Source of the DNA: Candidatus Omnitrophota bacterium
GTDB taxonomy: Bacteria > Omnitrophota > Gorgyraeia > B26-G9
Assembly (NCBI GenBank): GCA_043814605.1
Contig: JBDRJV010000028.1
Location: 7,790 to 71,789 of the forward strand
DNA: 64,000 nucleotides
Reading direction: 5' to 3'
Numbering within the stretch: position 1 is the stretch's first letter; each line of letters begins with the position of its first letter. The notes under the pieces are model-generated. The model ran no database searches. It was not told the DNA's origin and saw nothing but the letters and a program-made list of their open reading frames with translations. The translations under genes and the position numbers were made by a program. Positions 20,601-30,961 of this stretch are shown here, one piece after another.

Positions 20601-20903
20601 ATCATTAACATCTGGATTCATTTCCAAGGATATGGCGGAAAAACCGTCCCTGGAAACAGATATCATTTCTTCTATATTGTCTACTTCCTTGAGTTCTTTT
20701 TCCAGTAATGTAGTTACCAGTTTTTCCACATCGTCTGCTGGAGCCCCGGGATAATATGTGTGTACTGCCATATTGTCAAAGTCAATAACCGGAAAAGCTT
20801 CACGGTTAAGCGTAAACATAGAGATCAATCCGATAAGCAGTACCAGTACAGAAAGCAGATTGATAAACAACGAGTTTTTAACGGAAAATTCCGCAATCTT
20901 CAT
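17604..20903 (-). CDS. RND-family efflux transporter (AcrB/CusA/CzcA superfamily)
   Basis: 1099 aa with 12 predicted TMs in a 1+5/1+5 arrangement and two large periplasmic loops. The TM4 region (GMIVDDGIIISENVYRY) is RND-like. Confidence 0.75.
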   Translation of the reverse strand: MKIAEFSVKNSLFINLLSVLVLLIGLISMFTLNREAFPVIDFDNMAVHTYYPGAPADDVEKLVTTLLEKELKEVDNIEEMISVSRDGFSAISLEMNPDVNDTERRKIINDVQKAVDRVIDLPRGVEDRPVVLEINSKIFPVINIAVGGKVDEFILQEQVDILKEQLEEIKGVAKVTRTGYRDQEFWVEPDLEKMHLMHVSLEEIISALNKRNITVPGGKLKTDQEEFNIKTTGEFATKEEIEDVIIRANDIGNWLKIKDLALVRHTFEEETVINKSYGERAITLQVSKKEKGDAIDVADAAYKVIDEFKRSAPKDLYVKPYDDLSYYVKRRLNVLRSNGVIGFIFVVLILFAFLHARPALFTALGIPIAMAATLGLMHVMGITINLLTMFGLIIVLGMIVDDGIIISENVYRYIEKGLNPREAAIKGTEEVIAPVAATIITTIAAFFPLMYMAGMVGKFLRYIPLMVIVALSASMIEAFIILPSHLADFLKSKKNNGLDKKQDEQDAKALIVMTGIFSIIGGIVSLMTKNNPLGAMLLIALVGTGSTLLKKYPILQYAINKYKIMLEKALTYRYRITVVITIVLAVCLFIMIKVLPQTMFSSQGIEEFAVRAEAAAGTPLEKTNELMVPVEELIKSMPKEYLNTFVTTIGSIEAGRGMGDPTAKSGSNVAQIHVFLTPMQERDKGPKQIIADLRPKLQKIKGFDKIYFYEFKQGPPVGRDIEFNIRGDDFNVLKQLSNELKDYMLGFEGVADVSDSYDIGNREFRVVIDKEKAAKADLGIEQIALSVRNAFEGGIATSIKKTKAEEEINVRVRIPDDARTSKKIFDKLLIPNDKGNLIPLSVIARIEINQGLRSITHLDGKRYLQLGATVDQKKIKTKDLIPKVLKYFKEIAAQYPGYTIRIGGEEKENQEAFRSLMIAFVIAVLCIFMILATLFNSLVQPFIVMMTIPFALIGVSIALLLHGLSLSLLAFIGIVGLAGVVVNDSIVLVDFINKLRQEGLSRRDSIIQAGVIRFRPVMLTTLTTVAGLSTVAYGIGGFDPFLQPMALSIAWGLAFATGLTLIVMPCFYAIIDDIATKITSHPTVCKLSCDGNINLYEKQ

Positions 20904-20970
20904 ATCTATTCCTTTATTTAAGTATCAGGCAGCATGTTTCATGTAGCATGCAAACCTGAGTCCTGACGAA

Positions 20971-22461
20971 TTAAATTTCCCCCTGCCAATATTCTTTGAG
21001 CAAAGAGCCTTCTTGTAATTGTAAATCGATTATAGCTTTTTTATATTCAAAATTAGCGCGGCTAAAATTAAGCTGGGCATTTAATAAATCGTCCTGATAG
21101 CGAATTAGTGTATCACTGTTGGAGCGGCCGCGGGCAAAACGCGTTTCTTCAAAATTTAATTTTTTTTCCTGTAAATCAACAATGGTTTTGTTTAATTGTA
21201 CAGATTGTTGTTTATTTTTCAACTGATCATAAGCATTGTTAATTTCTACGGCTATTTTATGTTCAATCTTTTTTAATTCTATCAATGCTTTGGTTTTTTG
21301 CTGCTGGGCTTTTTCCCGGCCGGCAGCAGCCGCCCGGTTTTCTAAGGACATTTGCACGGATAATCCGAGATACAGTTCCGGGTTATCCTCCTGAGACATA
21401 TTATCCCATGCCGTTGACTGAGAAGCTTCTAACCCGTTTTGAGCAAAAGAAGCATTTAAATCAATTTGCGGCCAAGTACTATTTTCTTTTATTTTTAAAT
21501 CAATATTATAAGCCGCTAAATTATTCTTTGCCTGCTGATAATCCCGGCGGTTGGCAATTGCTGTTTGCAGGATTTTAACCAGCGGCACAGGAGGCAATTT
21601 ACTAATCCCAAAAAAATCTGTTGGGGAAATTTGTACAGACAAGTCCTCTTCGTGCAGCAGATAAAGCAATTCGTTGTTGGCCGCAAACAGCTGATGCTGG
21701 GCTTGCTGCAGATTTACCTGGCGGGTTTGAACATTAGCTTCCGCGGCACAAGTTTCCGCTGCTTCTACTAATCCGAGGGCTTGTTTGTCCTGAAAAATTT
21801 TATATAGCGTTTCGGCTTTTTCTAACATCTTCTGGGCGATTTGTGTTTGCTTATAAGCAAAACTTAAGTTCCAATAAGCTGTTTGGGTTTGGGCTAAATA
21901 TTCTTCTATCCTCTGCAGCGTGGAAAAATCGTTATTGGCTATATTGAATCGGGTGATTTTAATTTTTCCGCGGTCAATCAGCCCAAAAAAATTATTTCCC
22001 AAAGGCTGCTGCAGGGTAAATTTTACATTTGCCTCATGGCTGGGGCTTAAACTGGTAAAACTGGAATTAGAAAAATTGCGGCTATCGCTTAGCTCAACGC
22101 CTAATGTCGTCCCGGCAGGGGTTTTTTTCGTTAAGCCCACACCATAAACATTGGTTACTGTTTTTGTGCCCAGAAAAGCGCTGGCTGTTTTCTGCTGATC
22201 ATTTAAATATGTTGCGTAAGCATTTAAATAAGTATCAAACACTGACTCTGATTCCGGCAAGGCTGTGCGGTTAATATAAGCATCGAATTTTGCGATTTGA
22301 ATATCTAGATTATTTTTTAGGGCAAGTTCACTGGTTTCTTTCAGGGATAAGCTAACTGCCTGGCCTGTCTTTGGCTGGGCAAAAACAGGAGATGATACCC
22401 GCATTGTAAAAATTATTACTAAAATTATAATTTGTGCCTTGAGTTGTTTTGCTGTTTGCAT
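20971..22461 (-). CDS. TolC-family outer-membrane efflux protein
   Basis: Signal peptide, then two repeated OEP-type coiled-coil/beta halves (...QAQHQLFAANNELL..., ...DLLNAQLNFSRANFEY...). Confidence 0.7.
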   Translation of the reverse strand: MQTAKQLKAQIIILVIIFTMRVSSPVFAQPKTGQAVSLSLKETSELALKNNLDIQIAKFDAYINRTALPESESVFDTYLNAYATYLNDQQKTASAFLGTKTVTNVYGVGLTKKTPAGTTLGVELSDSRNFSNSSFTSLSPSHEANVKFTLQQPLGNNFFGLIDRGKIKITRFNIANNDFSTLQRIEEYLAQTQTAYWNLSFAYKQTQIAQKMLEKAETLYKIFQDKQALGLVEAAETCAAEANVQTRQVNLQQAQHQLFAANNELLYLLHEEDLSVQISPTDFFGISKLPPVPLVKILQTAIANRRDYQQAKNNLAAYNIDLKIKENSTWPQIDLNASFAQNGLEASQSTAWDNMSQEDNPELYLGLSVQMSLENRAAAAGREKAQQQKTKALIELKKIEHKIAVEINNAYDQLKNKQQSVQLNKTIVDLQEKKLNFEETRFARGRSNSDTLIRYQDDLLNAQLNFSRANFEYKKAIIDLQLQEGSLLKEYWQGEI

Positions 22462-22462
22462 T

Positions 22463-22915
22463 TTATTGCCTTTTTTTGCTTAAAATTATATCTTTCATTT
22501 TTACTAAGAGTCCCAGAAAATCCTTGCGTTCCTGATCTGAAAACCGGCTGAAGATTTCGCTAAAAATTTTTTCCCTTTGCTGCCGAAACGCCTTTACTGT
22601 ATTTTCTCCCGTGGATGTTAAATTTATTCTGATTATGCGCCTGTCTTTTTCCCCGGATATGCGCTGGACCATTTTCATCTTATACAGCCGCGCCACCAGC
22701 CCGGTCATGGCCGGCAAGCTTATTTTTATTTCCTGCGACAATTCACTCATCTTTAAAGGCCCGTGCGTATAGATCAGGTCCAGCACCAGAAATTGCGGAG
22801 CAGTTACTTTCCCCTTTGTCAATGCATCGTTTTGCCAGCGCAGCACCCCGCGCATCACCTGCGGCAGCACTTCGACAAAGCGGCGCGCAAAATTAACAAC
22901 ATGTGTTTTCCCCAT
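22463..22915 (-). CDS. MarR-family transcriptional regulator
   Basis: 150 aa with a winged HTH (TAPQFLVLDLIYTHGPLKMSELSQEIKISLPAMTGLVARL...GEKDRRIIRINLT). Confidence 0.7.
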   Translation of the reverse strand: MGKTHVVNFARRFVEVLPQVMRGVLRWQNDALTKGKVTAPQFLVLDLIYTHGPLKMSELSQEIKISLPAMTGLVARLYKMKMVQRISGEKDRRIIRINLTSTGENTVKAFRQQREKIFSEIFSRFSDQERKDFLGLLVKMKDIILSKKRQ

Positions 22916-23046
22916 TTTTACTTTACCTCATTAATATTTAATTATATTAACTATTTCTAACATTAAGTATATCCGCTTTTCCTGGTTTTGTCAACTTTTT
23001 AATCATTTTTCAGGATAACACAAGTAAGCTATCCGCTAATTGCTCT

Positions 23047-24204
23047 TTATTTTTTTAACAGCAGCTTTAAATACAGTTTTTCTAAATCATCAAGCATTGT
23101 TTGCATATTATAAGGAGAGAGCATAATAAATTCCCGTGCCCTCTGCCCCATTTTTTTTGCTTTGCCCGCGTAATCCAAAAGTTCCAGGACTTTTTGAGCA
23201 CAATAATCAGTATCGCCGGGTCTAATCAAAAATCCTGTTTCCCCTTCTTGAATAATTTCTTTTACCCCATCAACCGCATAGGCAATAACAGGGCGCGAAC
23301 AAGCCATCGCTTCAAGCAAAGCAATCGGCAATCCTTCCCACAATGAAGTTAACATAACAATATCACTTAAAATTAAAATGGCCGGAATATCCCTGCGCCA
23401 GCCTAAAAGTTTAAAATTATTTTCTAACCCTTTGGAATTAATTATCTTTTTTATTTCTGCGCGTAAAGGCCCGTCACCAATTAGTAAAAACTGCACATTG
23501 TTTCTTTGCTTAAGAACTTTTTCCGCAATCTGCAGATAATCCCGCGGGTTTTTTTGCGGTTTTAAGCAAGCTACCATAGCCACAACCGTATCTTGTTGAG
23601 GTATTTTAAAGTGCTGTTTTGTAAGCTCTATATTTTCAACCGTGTCCTGTAAATAAAATCTGTTTAAATCAACTCCGTAACGAATTAATTGATATTGCTT
23701 AGGAGTGGCAATTTTATATCCTAATCCTTTCTCCTGGTTATCTTCACAAACAACAATAATTTTTGTGGTTATGTATGCGGTAATTTTTTCCAGAAAAATA
23801 TACAGAGTTTTTATGAGTCGGGATTGGTAATCATTAAAACTCCAGCCATGTACAGTATGGATAATTACCTTAACCCCAGCTAACTTAGCTGCCCAGCGGC
23901 CTAATATGCCGGCCTTAGAGCTGTGTGTATGCACAATTTTAATTTTATTTTTTTTAATAAATCCTATAAGCCACAATAAACACGCTAAATCATAAACCAA
24001 GGAAATATTGTGTTTTAATATTGATACGAATTTTAAAGTTATGTTTTCTCTGTTGCCTGCATCCTTAATTAAAGGCCCCTGCTCTGCGCTAATTAAAAAA
24101 ACCTGGAATTTATTTTTATCTAAGCCTTTAACAATATCTAAAACATTTGTCTGGGCTCCGCCTAATTCTAAATTGGTAATTATGTGTAATATTGCGATTG
24201 TTTT
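23047..24204 (-). CDS. GT4-family glycosyltransferase (start uncertain, possibly a GTG)
   Basis: The N-terminus KTIAILHIITNLELGGAQ is typical of GT4. The C-terminal domain has the E-x7-E-like region (GEGLPIALLEAMACSRPVIAY). Confidence 0.65.
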   Translation of the reverse strand, partial: KTIAILHIITNLELGGAQTNVLDIVKGLDKNKFQVFLISAEQGPLIKDAGNRENITLKFVSILKHNISLVYDLACLLWLIGFIKKNKIKIVHTHSSKAGILGRWAAKLAGVKVIIHTVHGWSFNDYQSRLIKTLYIFLEKITAYITTKIIVVCEDNQEKGLGYKIATPKQYQLIRYGVDLNRFYLQDTVENIELTKQHFKIPQQDTVVAMVACLKPQKNPRDYLQIAEKVLKQRNNVQFLLIGDGPLRAEIKKIINSKGLENNFKLLGWRRDIPAILILSDIVMLTSLWEGLPIALLEAMACSRPVIAYAVDGVKEIIQEGETGFLIRPGDTDYCAQKVLELLDYAGKAKKMGQRAREFIMLSPYNMQTMLDDLEKLYLKLLLKK

Positions 24205-24620
24205 CACAAACACTAATCCTTGTTTATACATCCGCGGCCTAAAACCGCGCCCATTTATGGCGCGGATAAAAGGAAGCCGCTTGAGTATTCCACCCCAGGA
24301 ATCACGGGCTTTAGCCCGTGGGGGTTCCATTGCCTGGCTAAAACAGTAAAGCTAATCTGGCTATGCAGTACTAATTAAAAAATTGAAGTAATTTATTATA
24401 TCAAAATTTGTTTAAAGGCGCATTAATATATTTTCTCTCCAGACAGATTGCCCCATTATTATAACCTCTTTATTTTTAATATATTAGGGTAAACGCACGC
24501 TGGTTATCTTGTTTTTTGCCTGAAATCAAGGTATAATTTAAAGAGAAGGAAATTTTTGCTTTTTAATCGGGGATGTATACAAGCCTTTATGTTTTTATAT
24601 TATAAAAGATAGGGGATAAT

Positions 24621-25031
24621 ATGCAGCAAAATAAAAATGGGTTTACTTTAGTGGAAATGATGATTGTCGTGGTTATTCTGGGTATTCTCGCGACTATTGC
24701 TGTTCCTAATTATATAAATGCCACCGAACGGTCAAAGGTCTCTCAAGCTATTTCTGATTTAAAGAATTTACGTACAGCACAAATAACCTGGTTTCATGAA
24801 AACGCAGCTTATTCTACAGATATTATTAATGAATTAGCCCCTCTTTTAGGCACTGTTGCCTTGAACCCAGGTACAAGTGTTAATTGGAATTATGTTGCTA
24901 ATGCTGATGGTTCTGTGCAAGCAGACCGTATTCCGCCTGCTCCTTTTACCGGAACCCTTGTTTTAAATATCGATGAAACTTGGGGCGGGACTTATACTGG
25001 TATCGGGACAACTACTCCAAGTTATATATAA
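24621..25031 (+). CDS. Type IV pilin / pseudopilin-like protein
   Basis: Class III signal: GFTLVEMMIVVVILGILATIAVP (cleavage G|F, E+5). A sigma70-like promoter lies ~90 nt upstream. Confidence 0.75.
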   Translation: MQQNKNGFTLVEMMIVVVILGILATIAVPNYINATERSKVSQAISDLKNLRTAQITWFHENAAYSTDIINELAPLLGTVALNPGTSVNWNYVANADGSVQADRIPPAPFTGTLVLNIDETWGGTYTGIGTTTPSYI

Positions 25032-25275
25032 TCAATCACACCTAATTTGTATTTCTTAAAAATAAAAAAATCAGGTTTAGTTTTTATTTTTTTGCTTACT
25101 CTGTCTTTCACAGATAAATTGCCTTGTTTTTTTCTTTCCCTTCCTTTATAATAACAAAACCATAGATAGCATTTAGCGGATAGCGATTAGCGGCCAGGAA
25201 AAAGCTTTTTCTCTCCTTGCTTCTTGTCTCATGCTGCTTGTTAGTCTTTGGTTCATAGAGAAAGATAAAAAATTT

Positions 25276-28110
25276 ATGTTTAAAATATTTTCGAACATTA
25301 AAAATTCTATATTTGGCAATCATAATGAGCTGGAATTAAACCGCTTAGCTCCTTTTGTGGAACGCATTAATGCGCTTGAGCCTGAAATTGCCGCCTTAAC
25401 GGATGCGCAGCTAAGTGCTAAAACCCCTGCGTTTCGAAAAATCATCCACACGCACATCCAAGAAAATACAAATGAAAATTCTCTAGATAAAGATAAACAA
25501 AAATTTGAAAAACAAGCATTAGACTTAATTTTGCCCGAAGCCTTTGCCGTCTGCCGGGAAGCAGCGCAGCGCACGCTTAAAATGCGGCACTTTGATGTAC
25601 AATTAATCGGCGGTATTGTCCTGCACGAAGGGAAAATTGCGGAAATGACCACTGGCGAGGGAAAAACTCTGGCGGCAACTCTAGCTGTATATCTTAATGC
25701 CATTACCGGCCGCGGAGTACATCTGGTAACTGTAAATGATTATTTAGCACAGCGCGACTGCGGCTGGATGGGGCCGATTTACCATTTTCTGGGCCTTTCC
25801 TGCGCTTCGATTACACATGATTATTCTGTAATTTATAACCCTGATTATAACGATGATTCTGCTCAAGATGAACGTATGTCTCATTTACAACCCATCACAC
25901 GCAAGCAAGCCTACAATTGCGACATCACCTATGGCACAAATAATGAATTTGGGTTTGACTATTTGCGTTCGAACATGGTTATGCACAAAGATGATATGCT
26001 GCAGCGTGAATTAAATTTTGCGATTGTTGATGAAGTGGATAGCATTTTAATTGATGAAGCACGCACGCCTTTAATTATTTCCGGGCCAGCAGAAGCTTCC
26101 ACAGATAAATATTATAAGATTGATAAAATCATCCCCAAATTAATCTTAGGCGAAAAAGATGAAACGACAAAGGAAGAAAGCGGAGATTATATTGTTGATG
26201 AAAAAGGCAACACAGTATATTTAACCGAAGCGGGGGAAGAAAAAGTCTCGAAAATGCTGGGCGTTCCCAATTTAAGCAGTTTAGAAACCATGGAACTAAA
26301 ACACCATGTTGATCAGGCACTCAAAGCACACTCCCCTTTATTCCGGCGCGATGTGCATTATGTGGTAAAAGACGGAGAAGTAATTATTGTCGATGATTTT
26401 ACCGGACGGTTAATGCCGGGCCGGCGCTGGAGCGACGGCTTGCACCAGGCAGTAGAAGCAAAAGAAGGGCTTAAAATTGAACGGGAAAATCAAACCTTAG
26501 CCACAATAACCTTTCAAAATTATTTTCGCATGTATAATAAGCTCGCGGGCATGACCGGAACTGCGGTAACCGAAGAAGCAGAGTTCCGGCATATTTATAA
26601 ATTAGAAGTAGTGATCATTCCCACCAACCGTCAGCTGATCCGCATAAATAACAGTGATGTGATTTATAAAACCGCTAGCGAAAAATTTGATGCAGTGGTT
26701 GAAGCAGTCGTCGAAGAGCACAAAAATGGCCGGCCTGTACTTGTCGGGACAATTTCCATTGAAAATTCAGAACGCATCAGTAATCTTTTAAAACGCCGCG
26801 GGATTGCGCATAATGTGCTCAATGCTAAATTTCATGAACAAGAAGCAACAATTATTGCCCAGGCCGGCGGGTTCGGCAAAGTAACAATTGCCACAAACAT
26901 GGCCGGCCGCGGCACAGATATTCTCTTGGGCGGTAATACCGAATTTTTTGCTAACGAATTATTAAAGAAAAAAGGTATTGACCCGCAATTGGCCACAAAA
27001 GAACAAAAAGCCACGGCGCTGGAAAACGTAAAACAGGAAATTGCCAAAGAACACGAGCAAGTTGTTAGCCTGGGGGGTCTGCATATTATCGGCACAGAAC
27101 GCCATGAATCCAGAAGAATTGATAACCAGCTGCGTGGCCGCGCCGGAAGACAAGGAGACCCGGGTTCAAGCCGGTTTTATTTATCGCTCGAAGATGACTT
27201 GATGCGGATTTTTGCTTCCGACCGCATAAAAAAATTTATGGATTTTGTCCAATGGGAAACAGGCCTGCCGATTGATCACCCGATGATCAGTAAATCTATC
27301 GAGATTGCGCAAAAAAGAGTGGAATCACATAACTTTGAAATCCGTAAACAATTACTTAAATATGGCGACGTTTTAACCAAACAAAGAGAAATTATTTACG
27401 AACAGCGTACGCGGCTTTTAACCCAAGAAAATATCCGCAGTTATATTACGGAAATAATCGAAGAAATTGCGGATGAAGCCAGGGCTCAATACCTGCCGGA
27501 AAAAATTCACCCTGCGGATTGGAACATCTCCGGCTTAGAAAATTGGGTGAAAACAAAATTTAATATTGAATTTAAAATCCCGGGACAAGGGGATATCAAC
27601 CAAATATTAATTCAAACTTTAATTAATGCTTATACGCAAAAAATCCAGCTTATGCCGCCTGAACAGCAGCAAAGCTTTGAGCGTGCTATTTCTCTGCACA
27701 TTTTAGATACACAATGGAAAGATCAGCTGCATGCTATGGACACACTGCGGGAAGGCATTGGCTTGCGCGCTTTTGGGCAAAAAGACCCGCTAGTGGAATA
27801 CCAGCACGAAGGATATCTTTTGTTTTCAGATATGGTGAGCCGGATAAAAGAAGAAACTTTAGAATTTTTATTTAAAGTTAGGTCCGTGCAAGAAGAACCG
27901 GCCGCTGGAGTTTTTGAAAACACCCCTGTTTCTTATTCTCACCCGCAAACCAAGCAATTCGCGCCGCCGGAAAACAGCACAGCTCTCCCCTTGCAAACAA
28001 CAGCTGCGGAAAAACTGGCGCCTTTTAAACGCCCAACAGAAAAAGTCGGCCGCAATGACCCTTGTCCCTGCGGTAGCGGAAAGAAATACAAAAAATGCTG
28101 CGGAAAATAA
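25276..28110 (+). CDS. secA: Preprotein translocase ATPase SecA
   Basis: DEAD-motor motifs ([51 protein letters not shown]) and a C-terminal zinc finger [14 protein letters not shown]. Confidence 0.9.
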   Translation: MFKIFSNIKNSIFGNHNELELNRLAPFVERINALEPEIAALTDAQLSAKTPAFRKIIHTHIQENTNENSLDKDKQKFEKQALDLILPEAFAVCREAAQRTLKMRHFDVQLIGGIVLHEGKIAEMTTGEGKTLAATLAVYLNAITGRGVHLVTVNDYLAQRDCGWMGPIYHFLGLSCASITHDYSVIYNPDYNDDSAQDERMSHLQPITRKQAYNCDITYGTNNEFGFDYLRSNMVMHKDDMLQRELNFAIVDEVDSILIDEARTPLIISGPAEASTDKYYKIDKIIPKLILGEKDETTKEESGDYIVDEKGNTVYLTEAGEEKVSKMLGVPNLSSLETMELKHHVDQALKAHSPLFRRDVHYVVKDGEVIIVDDFTGRLMPGRRWSDGLHQAVEAKEGLKIERENQTLATITFQNYFRMYNKLAGMTGTAVTEEAEFRHIYKLEVVIIPTNRQLIRINNSDVIYKTASEKFDAVVEAVVEEHKNGRPVLVGTISIENSERISNLLKRRGIAHNVLNAKFHEQEATIIAQAGGFGKVTIATNMAGRGTDILLGGNTEFFANELLKKKGIDPQLATKEQKATALENVKQEIAKEHEQVVSLGGLHIIGTERHESRRIDNQLRGRAGRQGDPGSSRFYLSLEDDLMRIFASDRIKKFMDFVQWETGLPIDHPMISKSIEIAQKRVESHNFEIRKQLLKYGDVLTKQREIIYEQRTRLLTQENIRSYITEIIEEIADEARAQYLPEKIHPADWNISGLENWVKTKFNIEFKIPGQGDINQILIQTLINAYTQKIQLMPPEQQQSFERAISLHILDTQWKDQLHAMDTLREGIGLRAFGQKDPLVEYQHEGYLLFSDMVSRIKEETLEFLFKVRSVQEEPAAGVFENTPVSYSHPQTKQFAPPENSTALPLQTTAAEKLAPFKRPTEKVGRNDPCPCGSGKKYKKCCGK

Positions 28111-29540
28111 TTGCTTTAGGGTTTGCTTTGCTGAAAAAATTTTTAACGGTTTTAAAAAATAAAAGCTTACTGCTTGTTTTTTTATCTTCTTTGTTGTTGG
28201 GTTTAAGTTTTTCCCGCTACAACTTAGGGTTTTTAGCCTGGTTTGCCTTATGCCCTTTTTTGCTTGCTATCGAAAATAAAAATTGGCAAAAGCGGATACT
28301 GTTATTTTTTGTTCTGGGAGCATTGTCTTTTTTCTTGATAATTTTCTGGCTGGTGCATGTTAGTTTTCTCGGGCTGGTTGCGACGAGTATCTATTTGGGG
28401 CTTTGGTTTGGGTTTTTCGGAATTTTTAGTTTGCCGGCTTCGCGGCCGTTTGCGCTGTTAGTAACTCCGTTGTCTTGGGTTTTATTAGAAAGAATGCGCG
28501 GGATATTTTTTAATGGTTTTGGCTGGGGTGTAATTGCCTACACCCAGCATAAAAATATTTGGCTGATTCAAATTGCCGATAAGATTGGCATTGGGGGGAT
28601 AAGTTTTCTGATTGTTTTTATAAATGTTGTTATCTGCCGGGCTATAAAAAATTTTAAACAGGAGAAAACTCTGCGCAAAAGCCAGCGGCAAATTGCAGTC
28701 AGTTTAATTTTATTTATGATCATTTATTTCTACGGAGGGTTTTGTCTGCAAAAAAAATTTCCCGGGATTGATTTGTCCGTAAGCGTTATTCAGGGGAATA
28801 TTCAGCAGGAGAAAAAATGGGATCCTGTTTTCCGGGATATCAATTTAGGCCAGCATATTACTTTAACAAAAGAAGCGGATAAAAAAAATCCGGATTTAAT
28901 TGTTTGGCCGGAAACATCAGTTGCGGGATATTTGCTGGAAGAACCGGATCTTTACAAAACAATAACTTCCCTTTCCCGGCAGATAACTGCTTATTTGCTC
29001 CTCGGCAGCCCCCGGGAGGATTATTCTGATCAAACATACTACAACAGTGCTTTTTTGTTTGCTCCCGGAGGAGAGTTAAAACGCTTTTATGATAAAATCC
29101 ATCTTGTGCCGTTCGGAGAATATTTACCTTATGAAAATATTTTTTGGTTTTTAAAAAACACACCGATTGCTGATTTTTCTGCGGGGAGAGAATACACTGT
29201 TTTCCCCGTGCCTAATAAACAGGGGAAAATTTTTAATTTTGCCGTATTAATCTGCTTTGAAGATGTGTTCCCGGCGCTTGTGAAAAAATTTAAAGCTACT
29301 GGCGCGGATTTTTTCATTAATATCACTAACGAAGCCTGGTTTAAACATAGCCAGGAACCGGATCAGCATTTAGCGATGAGTGTGTTTCGGGCAGTGGAAA
29401 ACAGAAGCTGGTTTGTGCGTGCGGCAAATACAGGCATTTCCTGTTTTATTGATCCTTACGGCCGGGTGCAGAAAATGCTAAAGAAAGAAAATAAGAATAT
29501 TTTTATCAGCGGGCAGTTAACCCACAACTTGTCTTTATAA
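28095..29540 (+). CDS. lnt: Apolipoprotein N-acyltransferase
   Basis: Multi-TM N-terminus plus a CN-hydrolase domain (LIVWPETS..., [18 protein letters not shown]). Confidence 0.75.
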   Translation: MLRKIIALGFALLKKFLTVLKNKSLLLVFLSSLLLGLSFSRYNLGFLAWFALCPFLLAIENKNWQKRILLFFVLGALSFFLIIFWLVHVSFLGLVATSIYLGLWFGFFGIFSLPASRPFALLVTPLSWVLLERMRGIFFNGFGWGVIAYTQHKNIWLIQIADKIGIGGISFLIVFINVVICRAIKNFKQEKTLRKSQRQIAVSLILFMIIYFYGGFCLQKKFPGIDLSVSVIQGNIQQEKKWDPVFRDINLGQHITLTKEADKKNPDLIVWPETSVAGYLLEEPDLYKTITSLSRQITAYLLLGSPREDYSDQTYYNSAFLFAPGGELKRFYDKIHLVPFGEYLPYENIFWFLKNTPIADFSAGREYTVFPVPNKQGKIFNFAVLICFEDVFPALVKKFKATGADFFINITNEAWFKHSQEPDQHLAMSVFRAVENRSWFVRAANTGISCFIDPYGRVQKMLKKENKNIFISGQLTHNLSL

Positions 29541-29797
29541 ACAGTGGCTGTTTTCTTATTTTTTAATTTTATTTTATCCTGTAATAATTGCTGTCTTTTA
29601 AAATTTCAATTCTATTTTAGAATAACATGTTTTAGCTTTTATCTACAAGCCCTGACCTATGACTTAGTTAGCTTTTTCTACAACCGAAGAGCCATAAGCT
29701 AAGCATGCTTTTCATGCTTACAAGCTATCAACGCCCTCTCGGATATTCGCTAGTTATTGTTGCCTGTGGCCTGTAGTCTGGTCTGTGGTCTCTAACT

Positions 29798-30304
29798 TTA
29801 ATTCTGCCACCAGGATGGGCCGGTGCCGTCTTTGAGCAGATATTTATATAAGCCTGTTCCTGCATGAAATTTGTGTAGTTGCAGCCAATGCGCAGAGGGA
29901 AGATATTGCGCTTCGACAAAAAAATTAGCTGCTGAATCTGTTAAGCCATTCTCCACCACAGAATATATCCAATGCGCATCATTATCCACAAAAGTATCCT
30001 CGGTTAGATCATTCGCAATTATTTGCAGGTCAGCCCAATTAGAGGTATAACAAGCATTCGCCTCGCCTGTTGCGGGATTTATCCTAAAGTAGTATTCTAT
30101 TTCTGCATTATATATGGCGGTCATATTAACCACTGCTTCTTTTTGGTGTGCCATTTCCACAAGTGAGGTATACTGCGGAATGGCAATACAAACAAGAATG
30201 CTGATAATAATTACCGTGATCAGCATTTCCATAAAAGTAAACCCGCGGCAGCTTTGCTGTCTGCTTTTTTTAACTTCAATCATATCCGGCAGATATGGAT
30301 ACAT
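29798..30304 (-). CDS. Type IV pilin / pseudopilin-like protein
   Basis: Prepilin signal RGFTFMEMLITVIIISILVCIAIP. AAGGGGAG lies upstream of the ATG at 30304. Confidence 0.7.
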   Translation of the reverse strand: MYPYLPDMIEVKKSRQQSCRGFTFMEMLITVIIISILVCIAIPQYTSLVEMAHQKEAVVNMTAIYNAEIEYYFRINPATGEANACYTSNWADLQIIANDLTEDTFVDNDAHWIYSVVENGLTDSAANFFVEAQYLPSAHWLQLHKFHAGTGLYKYLLKDGTGPSWWQN

Positions 30305-30395
30305 CTTTCTCCCCTTCTTTACGAAAAATTATTTTAAAATCTCTCTTTAAGTGTACCACATTTAACGTTCAAAAACTATACTCTGTTACTAAGCT

Positions 30396-30899
30396 TTAGG
30401 CCCAAATTCTTTTTTTACACTTTTCCTGCTCAATGGTTTTAGAAGGATAGACTTCTAGAATTATTTCCTGCGGCTCAAACCACAACTTTATTTCTCGCTC
30501 AGCTTCAACGGCATTGCTGGATGCATGGATAACGTTTTCATAAACACCTTTCGACGTAATTCGGCCATAAGCACCCCGGATAGAGGTTGGCTCTGCTTCT
30601 TCAGGGTTTGTAGCTCCGGCAATTTCGCGTACACGCGCAATTGCATCTTCCCCCCAATAAACCATGGCCAGGACTTTTTTGCGGTTATGTAATGCCCCTT
30701 GCAAATAAGTGACCAGTTCTTTAAAAAAAGGCTTGTCTTGAAGATTGCGATAATGTTCTTTTGCCAGTGCTTCGGAAACGCTGACTATTTTTGCTCCGAT
30801 AATTTCTAGTTTTGTTTCGGAAAGCCGGGTTAAAATATTACCGGTGAGTGATTTTACCAGCCCGTCAGGTTTAATTAAGATTAATGTCTGTTGCGGCAT
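30396..30899 (-). CDS. ndk: Nucleoside diphosphate kinase
   Basis: LILIKPDG, GATNP, IRG.YG and NVIHAS (the active-site His region). Confidence 0.7.
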   Translation of the reverse strand: MPQQTLILIKPDGLVKSLTGNILTRLSETKLEIIGAKIVSVSEALAKEHYRNLQDKPFFKELVTYLQGALHNRKKVLAMVYWGEDAIARVREIAGATNPEEAEPTSIRGAYGRITSKGVYENVIHASSNAVEAEREIKLWFEPQEIILEVYPSKTIEQEKCKKRIWA

Positions 30900-30961
30900 T
30901 ACGATCCTTCTTTCTTTTGTACGTGCTACGATTTTTTAATTTTGTGTCACTGTTTTTTATT

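Noticed and set aside
17604-20903. The 1099-aa transporter as SecDF rather than RND
   Set aside because: It has the duplicated 1+5 TM layout and the RND TM4 motif (GMIVDDGIIISEN). SecA is present elsewhere in the window, and secDF would not be expected in a two-component/TolC operon.
17758-20946. Eleven plus-strand ORFs of 61-141 aa inside the RND transporter gene
   Set aside because: They are antisense shadow ORFs of a well-supported 1099-aa minus-strand gene and have low-complexity, Ser/Ile-rich translations.
17604-22461. A hidden adaptor (MFP) gene within the RND operon
   Set aside because: The junctions between the MarR, TolC-like, RND and regulator genes are 2-70 bp. No unassigned reading frame of suitable size exists there.
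25108-25323. A 71-aa minus-strand ORF upstream of secA
   Set aside because: It overlaps the secA promoter and 5' region, has no ribosome-binding site, and is a low-complexity K-rich shadow.
29982-29990. A perfect DnaA box TTATCCACA
   Set aside because: It lies inside the pilin-like coding sequence, far from dnaA. A single 9-mer is expected by chance in 64 kb of AT-rich DNA.
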